Source: Octopus vulgaris (Eukaryota). From it: 64,000 nucleotides of DNA. The notes under the pieces are model-generated. The model did no database searches. It saw only the letters and a list, made by a program, of their open reading frames with translations, and had not been told where the DNA came from. The stretch is from positions 39,308,001 to 39,372,000 of the forward strand of contig OX597814.1 in the NCBI GenBank assembly GCA_951406725.2. Reading direction: 5' to 3'. Positions 1-12,950 of the stretch are shown in pieces. The position numbers and the translations under genes are program-made. How positions within the stretch are numbered: position 1 is the stretch's first letter; every line of letters starts with the position of its first letter.

Positions 1-9
1 GTATGCATG

Positions 10-72
<63 letters not shown>

Positions 73-320
73 AAATACTTTATATTCATTTAAAAGAAAA
101 AGAAAATGAAGATTGGGAAGTTAATTGTTTATTATCGACAACAACAACAAAAAAAGATCTCTCTTCCAGCTGTTCCAATTAACACTCAGTGAATATTAAT
201 TAAATACAAAATTTATATGACCTGAGAATAATATCTTAGGAGGGAAAAATATACCATTGAATGTTTTATATGTTTTTATGAATTTATTACATCAGTATTC
301 AGAATTATCTTTCTATTGTG

Positions 321-364
<44 letters not shown>

Positions 365-677
365 GGATAGTTTGGGCTATCTTCTTGCATGTTGAAAAAT
401 AGATGATGTACCGATTTAACTAAAACGTCTATAATTCACCTTGATACGAATACAAGCTGTTAGCCGGCGAGACGAATAAAAACAATTTTTAAAAAAAATT
501 ACTGTCAGTTAATAGTGTACTATAGTTTCGGAGTTAACTTGTAAATGAAATAAATCAAAACATAAAAATAGTAATTTGATTTAAATTATTGAATTGTACG
601 TTCCTTGGCACTCTCGGCCCATATTTACGAAGAAACATGAATGTACATAGATACACATATACACACAAACACACATA

Positions 678-743
<66 letters not shown>

Positions 744-825
744 CATATATATTGTATATATATATATATATATATACATACATATAGGTACATGCAAACA
801 TATATATGAATATAAATATGCATAT

Positions 826-1300
826 AAGGGTACAGGATGTCACCAAATGGAATGTTCTTATCAAAACTTCTGTCAAACGTAAGCTAAATAGACCGGACAT
901 TGCTGTTTGGGAGAGAGGGACAATGGTATGTACCATCACAGAGCTTAGCTGCCCTGCAAATATAAATATATCTTTGAAAATCAACTACTTCACAATCCTC
1001 CAGCTTCTATATCCAGAATATGAATTCACATTCATACTAATAATGATTGGAGCATTAGGTTTTGTTAATAAATGCTTAAAAGAGAATCTGGATAAACTGG
1101 GATTTTCTGAAAGAGAATTGACCGACTGATTCTTTCGTTTCAAGTCCAATCTGAGAGTGGAACAGTATAAAATATGCAAAACTTTTTTCAAGTTCCAAAT
1201 CTGAGTGTGTCTTTGTTGACTACATCCCTAAGATGGAGCCTTGTATCTTTGTCGGAAACTAGTTCCCTCCACAGTGGAAGATTTATAATAATAAAAAAAG
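826..1300 (+). mobile_element. 3' fragment of restriction-like-endonuclease (RLE) non-LTR retrotransposon, R4/Dong-like, degraded
   Basis: ORF 806..1129 contains NRPDIAVW..C.I.E.SCP.N.N (PD..D/E nuclease motif) and IMIGALG, typical of the RLE LINE C-terminus; A-rich tail near 1285-1300. Confidence 0.7.
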
Positions 1301-1554
1301 AAAAGAGGCGTACATATGAGGCGTTGATCTTGCGACAAGATAAGAGTGTTGGAAAAAATTCCACGCCGGATAAGATTTAAAATCCAGGCGAGATTAATTT
1401 TGCGACTTTGGTGGTAAGTAGTAATGAACTATTTTGATAGACTTTATCTTCGATAGTATTGCTTGCGTGTAGAGATGCGACTTGCAAGCATTTGTAATTG
1501 TCATGCGTAGCACAACTAAGGAAACCGTACATACATTTGAAGATATATGGTCAA

Positions 1555-1558
<4 letters not shown>

Positions 1559-1629
<71 letters not shown>
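1559..1629. repeat. (CA)n microsatellite
   Basis: Perfect CA tract. Confidence 0.95.
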
Positions 1630-1631
<2 letters not shown>

Positions 1632-2197
1632 ATCTGTGTACGGAATCTATTTAATAATCTACTTGTTCTTTCACCTGTAATGCTTTACTTAGTTAGAGAG
1701 GTAGAGTGAGTTAGCGGTGGAGTAAAAGTGACAAAAATATAGGGAAGGGAAGAGTGCGCGTAGCGAGGAATGAAGTGAAGAAGCAGTAGAAATAGATGCT
1801 GAATAAGGCCAAATGCATTACATGATTAGTTGAAGCGGGAGACGAAGAAGGACCAGAAAAAAGAGATGGCCAATGGATGGACAGGGACGGACAAGGGATG
1901 CAGTGATATTGAGAGACAGATAGACAGACACGCAGACAGAGAGAGATAGCGTTTGTATTGTCAGAGTAAATATATATCGACAGCAAGAAAAACTAGATAT
2001 AAACAAAGAGTTGAACTGAAATGAAATTTGCTTTCTTACCAAAAACTATAGTGATGAGGATAATGGTTGTGGTGGTAGTGGTATCATGTAGGTAGTGAAA
2101 ATATTTTTTTTATGGAACTAAATCTAGAATACCTGTTTTATGGAACTAAATCTAGAATACCTGTTCGTTCACACTGTGAGTTTTAGTTTGTTAGAAA

Positions 2198-2304
2198 GGT
2201 GGTGATGGTGGTGGTGGTGGTGGAGGGGTAGGAGGAGCAAGAAGAAGAAGGAGGGGGAGAAGGAGAAGGAGAAGAAGAAGGAGAAGAAGAAGAAGAAAAA
2301 GAAG

Positions 2305-2335
<31 letters not shown>

Positions 2336-2348
2336 GGAGGAGGAAGGA
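2198..2348. repeat. (GGT)n/(GAA)n compound low-complexity tract
   Basis: Seen directly. Confidence 0.9.
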
Positions 2349-3324
2349 ATTTGAGAGTAAGTGAGAGAACAGATAGGCAGCCGATGCATTATGCTGTCAC
2401 TAATAGGTTTAATGGAAGGAAGAGGTGAAGAGAAAGAAAGAAACGTGAAAGACACGATGAGGGGAATTACATAGTTAAAGAGTTTGTTGAAGAAGCAAAG
2501 GAAGTGAAAAATATAAACGTGCTCAGCAGATGAAACATTTTTAAATCATATAATATTTTGGAGGCAAAAATAACTTAGCAAAATAAGAATAAACATGTAA
2601 ATCATTTCTCTTCCTTTCTGTGGAATTTCCAAGCGTCCTACACGTACCTTATATTTGTTAAATGCCATTTACATATATTTCGCCACCATGATAAAACAGA
2701 GTATATATTAAGATTACAATTACTTAGTGTACACGCACCCTGCTCGTCTCTCTCTCTCTCTCTCTTCCCTTCTCTCTAACTCTCTCACTTTCTCTCCCTA
2801 CACATCCATCTATCTATCTCACTCTATTTTACTCTATCTGTCTATCACTCTTTCCTGCGCGCCATCTTCAACATTTTAACATTGATTTCTAATACAATAA
2901 ACAACAGACTTCACATTTTGGAAGTGATGCTAATCGAGTATACAGACATCGATACTTGGCTGATATTTATATTTTGATATTAAATATCATCGTCGTCATT
3001 GTCATCGTCGTAATCGTCATCGGAATCATCATCATCATCGTAACCAGCCCAGCTGTCTTTTCAACTTAGAACGTAACTAAAGAGAATAAGTTATAAACTG
3101 CTTATGATTAACCTTGTATCAGCGCTTAGGGTGCACATTGATGATCGAGGTATTTCCTATTATGATCATGCTATCCTTTTAGTCATTATTAATTCTGTAT
3201 TACCTTTCGTCTCGTATCTTTTAAAGAATATGCAGTGGGTTCTGAGGGATATTTACATGCTACTTCTAACACACAGACCGACTACACATATCGCCCTTCG
3301 TTGACATGAATGCAAGTCTTGCAA

Positions 3325-3695
3325 ATGGGCACAAGGGTAGCTCTAATGTAAGAATTTTACATCCGAACCACATGGAATTGAGCTCCGTTCTGCCGCATAG
3401 CACCTTGGGAACCACAGTAGCCTCGGGGAACCCCAACCTTTGTACGAAGATTCAGTAGACAGAAAGTGAAACCCGTCATATGTGTGTTTGTGTATGTGGG
3501 GGAATTGTGTGGGGTGTAGTTTTGTTACGTACCCATCACTTAGCGGTTCTCCAAAAAGTGACCGTTAGATTAAGTATCAGGCTTGAAAAAACATAAACTG
3601 GGGCCGGCTTATTCCTCTAAACCTTTCAAAGTGATGCCCCATCATGGCTACAGTTTAATGACTGAAACATGTAAACGATAATAGCATAAAAGATA
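3325..3695 (+). mobile_element. Degraded tRNA-derived SINE (family A)
   Basis: Similar to the reverse complement of 24481..24893 (gcaccttggg, gtagacagaaagtgaaa, taagtatcaggct, gactgaaaca..taaaaga tail). Confidence 0.65.
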
Positions 3696-4189
3696 TGTTC
3701 CTATCTCGCATTATATTCATGTGGCACAAGATCACCAATGTGGAATGTGGGGTACAGAATTTTAAAGAGCCTGGAATTTAATTAGAACCAATTACATCCA
3801 CCAGAATAAAAAAAGATTTTATTGGACGGCACAACGAGATTTATATTCCGAAATTAATACAAAATAACTAAATACCGCATATTTTTTTTTATCCGGCACT
3901 CATTTGATTTTGTGAACCACAGTATCTTTTGATATTACTATATTAAAAATAAAATATTTCACTAGAGACATTCTGTTAGTGATGAAATTGGAACCGGTTG
4001 TAATTAGAAAATAATAATATAAACATTGACACTTTTGTAGTTCTTTTAATTTTTTTAAAAATGTTTTCAATGTTTATATAATAAAATTAATAAACGGAGT
4101 GAATTGGATTTGGTTCATATGTCCTTTCGGAAGAACATACTGTGTCACCCCAAAATTACACTTCTACGACTCAAAATTCTATTACAACT

Positions 4190-4350
4190 GCACAATGCCA
4201 GCAATTTTGAGAGTAGAAAGTTAGTCGATATAACTAACTGCAATAGTTGGTTGGTACTTTAATTTTATCGACACGGAGAGGTTAAATTCAACGACAAATT
4301 CGACGAGATTTGAACTCAGAGAAATAAGACCAAAAATAAAAAGTGCAACG
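4190..4350 (-). mobile_element. Degraded SINE (family B)
   Basis: agtcgat..tggtactt..ttatcgac..atttgaactcaga blocks shared with 22410-22540 and 52520-52700. Confidence 0.55.
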
Positions 4351-4358
4351 TATTTTCC

Positions 4359-5340
4359 ATGGGGACCGGTATTAAGAAAGGATAGAAAAAATATTAGGTT
4401 TATTTTTCTATCCTTCCTTAATACCGGTCCCCATATGCTGCCAATATCTTCACTCAGTCTGCTTAGGATATTGTTGTGTCTTAGCATATGTGCTGCTTCT
4501 TTTAGTTTTCGTATTTTCCAGTGGTGTTATCTGTCTATTATTTTAACTTCATCCCACGGGGGCAGGTGGTCTCCATTTTTCCATACATGATTGGTTTTAT
4601 CAATATCTCCTCGTGTCACAGCTTTGCGATGTTCGTCTACCCTTACTTTGAGGGGGCAGTCCGTTTCGCCTTTGTATAACCTACCACAGCTGTATGGGAT
4701 GGAGGACACGCAGTCTTTGGTCATATTCTTCTATTCGGGATTTTACTCGGAGATATTTGCGAAGTGTTGTATTACTCTTGAATACTGTCCTGATGTCATA
4801 TGGGCCGCATATCTTTTGTATCTTTTCGGAGAGGCCTTTCACATAGGATAGACAGACTGTGGACAGTTTCTTGGCCTCATCCTCTCTCTTCTTCATAATT
4901 GGAGTGGATAGTATATTTTTGAGGTTGATCATTTCTTCGTGGTGTGTATCACGATCGCAACTTTGCACGATGTTTTAGGAACTGAGCAATCCCTCTCTTT
5001 TTATTGTATGGATGGTGGGAATTGAAGTTGAGGTATCGTCCAGTAAAGGTCGGTTTGCAGTATATGGATGTCCGGAATCCATACTTAGTACGGCCAGGAA
5101 TGCCAGTTGATTGCCTTATTCCTTTTCCATTGTGAATTGTATGGATGGCGGTATTGGGTTCACATGATCTAACAGCACTTGGACATCTTCCTGGTGGGGT
5201 CAGTGTATGAAAGTCTCATCAACATATCATAGCCATAGTGTTTTGGTTTTCGTGGTGTTGATCCTAAAGCCAAGATTCCAGGCGCCCCAACAAACAAGAT
5301 GAAGATAAATATCCGTCGAATATAAGTAATGTAATTAATG
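4359..5340 (-). mobile_element. Penelope-like element fragment (RT C-terminus + GIY-YIG endonuclease), disrupted
   Basis: Minus-strand WL*YVDETF (RT YVDD region); VCLSYVKGLSEKIQKI..TVFKSNTTLR linker; IPYSCGRLYKGET..LKVRVDEH GIY-YIG motif; inverted terminal duplication 4359-4434. Confidence 0.85.
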
Positions 5341-5379
5341 TAAATAATAACTCAAAACTGTTTGCGAAAACAGGAACTG

Positions 5380-6411
5380 AAATAGAAGGGATGGGTGGGA
5401 GGGTACGGATGTGCATGAAATGCATAGGAATGGAATCAGGATCTCATAGTGAAGTGAGCCCATTTTGAAACGAGAGAATTGAGTAGAATGCAAAGCCATA
5501 AAATTGCTAGACGGAAAGTGAATGGGAGAACTGCATGGGATCCTGAAGGTCGACGACAGCTTGCACAGATAAATAAAAGACCAAGTCACTGCTGCATGTT
5601 TGAAGCTACTCTTCTCTTGAAGTCCAAATTCAGTGCAAGGAACCTTGTGACTGATATCAACGTATTGATTGTTGCTGTGGATTTCAGTAGTAGTGCATTC
5701 ATTTTCAAATGGACGCGAGCAGATATCAAGGATCTCGATAGCCGGACCCGAAAGACGAAAGACAATGCATGGCGACTGCCATCCTGAGACTAATGTATAC
5801 AAGCTGTACACGAAGTGGAGCAAGGCTGGACGCAGCCTGATAAGCGTACGAGAGTGCAACGACAATGAGAAAAGAAACTGGGCAGAGTATTTCGTAAACT
5901 GCGAACAAGACCTGAAACAGTAAGCTGTTAATGCAGACGGATTTACCAGCTATGCAGTTGAGAGAACTAATGAGTTCCGACCACAAATGAGAGAGAAGAA
6001 ACACTACTCCGCATGAGATTACATGGTCACTTTCACCGCGAAATGAACATCTTGAGAGGCCTAGAAGCATCATGGAATGTAAATCATCAAATACACTAAA
6101 AGCTTATTGAAAGCCTGATCATAGCTGCCGTGGAAGAGGCACTGAATACCAGCTCAGCGGAATGGAATATATATGTATATATACAAATATAAAAAAAAGA
6201 TATATACTACACATTTTACACAGATTTTTTTGCACACAAGGGCAAGGATTTGGTGTCGGATGAGTAGTAAGATGGTCGAAAACGTGACTCACATTGTTAG
6301 CGTTGTGAAAACCTTGCGCAGAAGGAGTACAAGAGCAGACATTATAAGATAGTCCTAAACCTTCACAGACTGCTGTGCTGTAAATATGGATATAACGTAA
6401 CAGGTACTTGG
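5380..6411 (+). mobile_element. RLE-type (R4/Dong-like) LINE fragment, degraded
   Basis: KWTRADIKDLDSRTRKT, MHGDCHP..VYKLY..GRSLISV, ESLIIAA.EEALNT and LAQKEYKSRH motifs of the R4-clade post-RT region. Confidence 0.75.
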
Positions 6412-6700
6412 TATTAGGTCGTCAAGTATGAAATTTGTAAAAAAGGGAACACCCATATTTTCAGTACACTTTTGCGATTTCAGCGGTAGCTTGTCTAGCA
6501 TGGAACTTTAAAAGCCAAGCAATCCAGAGTCAACAAAATCTTGGAATGCCTTTTTTATCAGCATCGTCGGAATTAAATATTTTCCCATCAAAAAGTTATC
6601 CAAATTCTGGAAGAAGCGGTAGTCAGTGGGGGCAAGATCATGTGAGCACAGTGGATGATGGAGAACTCTCAACGCCAAGTCCTTTCGTTTCGCCAATGTT
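6412..6700 (-). mobile_element. mariner transposase 3' fragment
   Basis: HPLCSHDLAPTDYRFF matches the mariner HPPYSPDLAPSDYHLF motif; possible TA+TIR at about 6412 (tattaggtcgtc). Confidence 0.75.
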
Positions 6701-7248
6701 TGATATAAATTAGATTGGTAATGCTCTAAGCAAAATGACTACCATATCCTTGTCAATGTAAATATCAGAGATACTCGTATCCATTCCGACAGTTCGTTGC
6801 ATTTTTATGGATACACATGGTCTTCTTTTTCGATTTTCTTTAGGAGTAATGTTTGCCTGTCTTTAGATCTATTCTTAAGTCTATAAAGTTGGCTATCGTT
6901 CAGTTACTGTTAAGATACCAATTATAAATAAGCATATATATGTATATATGAGTGTGTCTCTGTATGTATCTATGTATATGTGTGTGTATGAGTATGCGTG
7001 TGTCGATGTGTGGCTGTATGTAAGAATAATTGTTATACACTCAGTATTTTTCTTAGTCTGTCTGCCCCTCTCTTCCTATCTCTAACTTTTTTTATTTCCC
7101 TCTCTGTTTCTCAATGTTTGTGGGAGGGGTACGCATATATGTACGTATACATATATACATCTCTGTGTATATGTATATATATATGTATGTATTTATATAT
7201 ATGCGTCCATATGTACGTATGTATGTTTCTATATATATATATATGTGT

Positions 7249-7306
<58 letters not shown>

Positions 7307-8199
7307 ATGTAATGTGTGTAGGTATATGTATATATTTACTGTTTCATTTCAGTTTTCACACAAGGGAATTGATGCAAATGATGTATCTTATTATTATTCA
7401 TTGAAGTAATGTCCTTTAAAATAACAATTTCTTTAGTGTAATGCGCCACGAATATGTTGAAACACTCGTTACAAGAAAGATAAAGAAATATGATTGTAAT
7501 TATGGAAGGTTTTTCTCGGTTTTTCTTTTTTCTTTTTCTTTTTCTTTTCTTTATTTTTTTTCTGTTCTTCGTTTGCTGTATCATTTAACATATATGGTAG
7601 ACAAAGTTATCTTTAGCTATTGAAATGTTCGTTTATGCAGCTTGAAATCTATATTTTCATTACATTATCTTTTTCCATTTTTGTGGGCCTTCATATCTAT
7701 TTCCTTGGTGATTTTCTGAATTAGACATTTTTCTTTGTACTTGAATATACAACGTAACAGTTTTAAAGCATTTCGAAATTAAAATGATATTTCAATTATT
7801 TGGTATTGCAAAGACATTGACTTTTTTTTTGTTTTGATAATAAGTATTATATGATAGATGTTGGACATTGAGACCCAACTTAACATGTTTCAACTTCAAC
7901 TCGAGGGTATTAAACTAACAAATCACTCGTGAAATATACCGCATTCCTGCGATTTACTACACAGCGGAAGTCTAAGTAGATTTCCTAATGGACAGGGGTG
8001 AATAAAATATATTTCGTTCATGCGCGCAAAATGTTGATGCAAGTATATCCATATGCAGGTAGTCACTCACATACACGCACACACATAGTATTGATACCAT
8101 AAGAAATCAGACACGTTAAGAAAACTGTAAATTTTTTTTAGAGCGATTAGTCTCGAAGCATATAATGCTACAAACACTCTGCATTATGTTCATAAGACA

Positions 8200-8360
8200 T
8201 GGGATATTAAGGAAGGGAGCTAGTCGACTATATCGACCACCAGTGCTCGACTTCATCGACTCTTACTGAGATAAAATCAAAGTTGGTCCCGGCGAATTTA
8301 AACACAGAAAGTAAAGACGGCGGAAATGCCGCTCAGCCTTTCCACCAGGACGTTAACGAA
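8200..8360 (-). mobile_element. Degraded SINE (family B)
   Basis: agtcgacta..tcgaccaccagtgctc..ggcgaatttaaacacaga..ggaaatgccgct..gttaacga similar to other family B copies. Confidence 0.55.
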
Positions 8361-8520
8361 AGACAAAGTGGAGGTAACTGGATAGTAATTCTGTGAAGGA
8401 AACAATCGGATTGCCCCTTTATTTGCAATGCGTACATAGTATTTTTTTCTGGACGTTAATGTGTACCGTATGAAGGTCAACACGCATTAGAATTGCTCTG
8501 CACCGGATAGATAGATAAAT

Positions 8521-8837
8521 GAGCACTCCGTCGGTTACGACTACGAGGGTCCCAGTTGATACGATCAACAGAACAGCTTGCTCGTGAAATTAAAGTGCAA
8601 GTGGCTGAGAAATCCACAGAAACGTGTACCTCTAACGTTGTTCTCAGGGAGATTCAGCGTGGCACTGAGTGTGATAAGGCTAGCCCTTTGAAATAGAGGT
8701 ACTACTCATTTTTGCCTACTGAGTGGACAGGAGCAACGTGAAATAAAGTGTCTTGCTCAAGGAAACAACGCGTCGCCGGAAATTGAACTCATGACCTTAC
8801 AATCGTGAGTCGAATGCCTTAACCAGTAAGCCACACG
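8521..8837 (-). mobile_element. tRNA-derived CORE-like SINE (family C)
   Basis: Reverse complement of 63661..63985 along its whole length; adjacent (TATC) tail; CORE-like ttgtttccttgagcaagacactt block. Confidence 0.85.
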
Positions 8838-9493
8838 TACTGATCGAATTAACATGCTAACAAATATGCATTTAGCTTATATCGTTTATTTGCTTCTGTT
8901 ACAAGGACGCCACCATGACCTGATTACTAGAAAAAATTGACCCCTGCATTTATGTTCAATATATGGAACTTATTCTATCGGTCACTTTTGCTGAACGCCT
9001 AACAGTTGGGCGGGGGACAGTCAAAGACACATGAACGCATGCACACAGACGCACATACCCACATACATCCATTCACACACACACATATATAAATATATAT
9101 AAAGAATTATGCAAAAGAATAAATCTGCTTGGGTTTCTTATATGAATTATATATAGATGTACACCTGTAAATAGACAGAAGTTGAAGACTGAAAATTTAA
9201 AGTATAAATATACATATACATAACTATATATATATTTATATATATGCATGTTTTCATATATACTAAGATACAACATAAGGACCGACTTCGCTAAAATTAG
9301 AAGTGAAAATGGTCCTAAGCTACAGCAATTTAGCAGTATTTTGACTTCTATTTTTAGCGAAGCAGATGCTAATGCAGTACCCTAGTATATAAAAATATAT
9401 ATACATATCCTATGTATAATTATTAATTTTGCCTGGACGGTTTTTACGCTTGCGACCACTAACCTTTTTTTCTTTAGCAACAAACATTGTTCT

Positions 9494-9520
9494 TATATAA
9501 ATATATATATATATATATGA

Positions 9521-9602
<82 letters not shown>

Positions 9603-9614
9603 TATATATGTATG

Positions 9615-9656
<42 letters not shown>

Positions 9657-9736
9657 ATTATATATATATATATAATATATAATATACATATAAATAATAT
9701 ATATATAATATATATATATATATACATATATATATA
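9494..9736. repeat. (TA)n microsatellite abutting LINE 3' end
   Basis: Seen directly. Confidence 0.95.
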
Positions 9737-9818
9737 CTTTGATACTTTGATAGGTTTCGGCCATTATTGGCCCAGGCCATGTCTAACTTAATAGCACCAC
9801 CTGGTGAAGTCTTTCAAG

Positions 9819-12800
9819 TCAGAATTTGGGCACTATGGCCCACTCAAGTAGAGAGTTATTGTTTACAGAGACATATCCGGGTGTAGGGGGTTTATCCGGG
9901 ATTTCTTGAAGGAATCTGTCCAAAGACTTCTTGAACCCTATAGGGTCAGTTTCTGTTTTAATGTGTTTTGGTGTAATGTTAAAGAGAGCGGGGCCAATTG
10001 AGGTGAAATAATTGTGCCGTATTGTTGTTATGAGATGAGAGTGCGATTTTTGTTTTGGGCGGATGGCACGGGGCCCAAGCCTTGGATGTACCTTAAAGGT
10101 GATGCCAACATCATTTGGGCAATGCTGATGGAATATTTTCCACATCATGCAGATGATGTAGCGCTCACGACGACGTTGGAGAGAATAGAGTTTTAGCTTT
10201 TCTAGTCGACCCCAATAGTCGAGGCCTGTCATGCCATCTATCTTTTTTGTGATTGCCCTTTGAGGTGCTTCGACTTTTATGATACCTTGTATTGTGTGGG
10301 GAGACCACAGTGGACAACAGTATTCAAGGTGGGGTCGGGCAAAAGTGGAGAAGAGAAGGATAATGGTGTGGATATCTCTCGACTGGAAAGTTCTGAGAAT
10401 CCAGGAACACATTCTGCGGGCCATGTCAACTTTGGTGTTTATATGAGTGGCCCAGCTTACGTTGTTGTCCACAATTACTCCCAAGTCTCTGATGTTGTTG
10501 GACGCCGCGAGAGTTTCACCTGAAGGAAGGGAGTATGGGAGTTTCAGGGCATCCTCTTTTCCAAAGTGGATTAGCTCAAATTTATCCTCGTTCAGCAGCA
10601 TATTGTTTTTTTCTGCCCATTGGATAACAGCCAGTAGATCTGACTGAAGGCATGTCCGGTCACTCGCCTCATTTATGACCTTCTGTAGCTTGGAGTCATC
10701 TGCAAAGATTTTTATGTTGCTGTGCTTGATGATGTCATTAATGTCATTAATGTAAATGATGAAAAGAAGTGGGCCCAGCACAGTGCCTTGCGGAACGCCA
10801 CTACTGACTTTGGCTGGGCTTGATTTTACCCCTTCAACTACAACATGTTGAGATCTGTCTGTCAGGAAACACTTAATCCATTTCAGTAACTTTCCAGAGA
10901 CACCACTGTTGGATAGTTTTTTCAATAGGATCTTGTGATCGACCCTGTCGAAGGCCTTACTGAAATCAAGGTAGATGACATCGGTGTTGGAGCCCTCTCC
11001 CAAAGCTCTCAAAATGTCCTCAAAGTGATGCAGGAGCTGCGTTAGGCAGTCCCTTCCATTACGGAACCCATGTTGGTTGGAGATCAGCCGTCTGTTGCTT
11101 TCCAGAAATTGGGTTATTTGAGATCTCACCACCCTCTCAAATACCTTGATGATATGAGAGGTGAGTGAGATCGGACGGTAATTCACTGCAAGGGACTTGT
11201 TTCCCTTTTTGAAAACTGGGACAACAGACTGGGACAGAAGGTTTTTTGGAATATAGCCAGCATCCAGTGAGTTTCTCCACAGATTAGCAAGGGGAGATGC
11301 AAGTTGGTGTCGACACACCTTCAGGACACAAGCAGGGAACCTATCGGGGCCTACTGCTGAATTGTGTTTTATTTCGTTTATCGCCGCTAAGACATCAGGG
11401 GCACTAAACGTTATGTCCGATATAGTGTGTTGGGGGTTGACATCACTGATACAGCCCAGATCGGCCATATCAGGATTGCTGAAAACAGAGCAGTATTGTT
11501 TCTGCAGTATCTCGGCCATGGATTTGGCATTATCTTGGAGAGTGCCAGTTTCGTCAATTAGAGGGCCTACAGTGGAGACAGTGACCCTGCGTTTCCTCGC
11601 AAATGAAAAGAACACTTTGGGGTTGAGTTTGATTTTTTCAATGGCCCACTTCTCCTCAGCTGATCTTTGGTTATTGATGAGGGACTTCATGCATTGTTGG
11701 AGGTTATATTTTTTGGATTCAAGCAGTGCGATAGCCGTCGAATGTGTGTGTTGCTGTTGGCAGTACTTTAGTTTGTTAATTTTTTTGTTTGTTCTTTTTA
11801 TTTTTCTGATAATGGTTTTTCTGTTTTGGGGGATTCTGCACTTTTTGTTCACAGGTCTTGGTGGGGAGTGTTTTGCACATATGTCTGTGACGGTGTCTAC
11901 AAAGATCTGCCAAGATGTTTTATGGTTGGTGGAGATGTGTGTATGTGTAAAGGACCAGTCAACATTTGATAGCTCGTTCCTGATTGCATCCCAGTTGGCT
12001 TTATGGAGATCCATGTTGTCAAATGGGTGGGCTGGAGGAAGGTCACTAGGATTAGCTTTCGGCTGGTGGAATTTCATGTTACAGAGAACCATGTCATGGT
12101 CTGAAAGAAGGGTTTTTTCCACTGTAACGTTATGTATAGTGTTAGTGTGGTTACTAAACACTAGGTCCAAAATGTTCTGATGTCTTGTTGGTGCAAGGAC
12201 AAGTTGGGACAAGAAAAACTCATTCGTAAAGTCGAAAAGTGACTCTGCTGCTTCTTTGTCAGCGGTTGAGGCGGGAGTGCTTGGTTTCAAACAGTTTGTA
12301 GTCCAGTCAACACAGGGTAGATTGAAGTCTCCCATCATGAGTATGTTGCTAGAATGGCACTGTTGAATAAAGCACTTAATGCTGTTGAGGCATTCTTTAA
12401 AGCACAGTATGGGTGTTTGGGGCGGCCTATAGAGCCCAATTACTGTCAGATCATTGGCTTTGTTGTGCACGGTGAATGATTCACAGTAGCCGTTGGAGAA
12501 TATACTATTTCCATCTGCCGTAAATGAATCATGCAGGAAAATGGCAGTTCCACCCTTCCTCCTGCCGATACGATCCGCGCGGATGGTTGTGAAATTCTTC
12601 ACTCTCACTTCGGCTTCCAAGTGGGAGTTGTCAAGGTGGGTCTCAGTGAGAATGAAGAAAGGGATGTGGTGTGAATGGTTACCAACCCAGTCTTCAATGA
12701 ATTGGACCTTCCATTTTTGTGCATTGATGGAAGGGCTGACACCTTGTGCATTGAGTAGGAATGTGGAGGTTAGTGTAGTGGCTGGTTTTGACTGTTGCAG

Positions 12801-12950
12801 GGGGCTTGGATTTTTTGTGTGTGTTAGTGGCAGCAATGTGGGGAATTGGTGCACTGGGGTAATAGCATAGGATGGTGTTGAGTGATGGCTAGAATGTTTT
12901 TGTGTATCTCTTTTGCCATGTTCAACATGGCTAAAAAAGAATTTTCCTGC
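9819..12950 (-). CDS. LINE ORF2: AP-endonuclease + reverse transcriptase (open frame from 12950; first ATG only at 12338)
   Basis: APE motifs [33 protein letters not shown]; RT motifs [41 protein letters not shown]; CR1-like tail [20 protein letters not shown]. Confidence 0.95.
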   Translation of the reverse strand, partial: AGKFFFSHVEHGKRDTQKHSSHHSTPSYAITPVHQFPTLLPLTHTKNPSPLQQSKPATTLTSTFLLNAQGVSPSINAQKWKVQFIEDWVGNHSHHIPFFILTETHLDNSHLEAEVRVKNFTTIRADRIGRRKGGTAIFLHDSFTADGNSIFSNGYCESFTVHNKANDLTVIGLYRPPQTPILCFKECLNSIKCFIQQCHSSNILMMGDFNLPCVDWTTNCLKPSTPASTADKEAAESLFDFTNEFFLSQLVLAPTRHQNILDLVFSNHTNTIHNVTVEKTLLSDHDMVLCNMKFHQPKANPSDLPPAHPFDNMDLHKANWDAIRNELSNVDWSFTHTHISTNHKTSWQIFVDTVTDICAKHSPPRPVNKKCRIPQNRKTIIRKIKRTNKKINKLKYCQQQHTHSTAIALLESKKYNLQQCMKSLINNQRSAEEKWAIEKIKLNPKVFFSFARKRRVTVSTVGPLIDETGTLQDNAKSMAEILQKQYCSVFSNPDMADLGCISDVNPQHTISDITFSAPDVLAAINEIKHNSAVGPDRFPACVLKVCRHQLASPLANLWRNSLDAGYIPKNLLSQSVVPVFKKGNKSLAVNYRPISLTSHIIKVFERVVRSQITQFLESNRRLISNQHGFRNGRDCLTQLLHHFEDILRALGEGSNTDVIYLDFSKAFDRVDHKILLKKLSNSGVSGKLLKWIKCFLTDRSQHVVVEGVKSSPAKVSSGVPQGTVLGPLLFIIYINDINDIIKHSNIKIFADDSKLQKVINEASDRTCLQSDLLAVIQWAEKNNMLLNEDKFELIHFGKEDALKLPYSLPSGETLAASNNIRDLGVIVDNNVSWATHINTKVDMARRMCSWILRTFQSRDIHTIILLFSTFARPHLEYCCPLWSPHTIQGIIKVEAPQRAITKKIDGMTGLDYWGRLEKLKLYSLQRRRERYIICMMWKIFHQHCPNDVGITFKVHPRLGPRAIRPKQKSHSHLITTIRHNYFTSIGPALFNITPKHIKTETDPIGFKKSLDRFLQEIPDKPPTPGYVSVNNNSLLEWAIVPKF

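Noticed and set aside
2110-2165. Short tandem duplications (27 bp here; also 55893-55938 and 55963-55988)
   Set aside because: Only two units with no spacers; ordinary slippage duplications, not CRISPR-like
11362-12180. 272-aa plus-strand ORF (and other short ones) antisense to LINE ORF2
   Set aside because: Shadow frame of an intact coding sequence; no motifs
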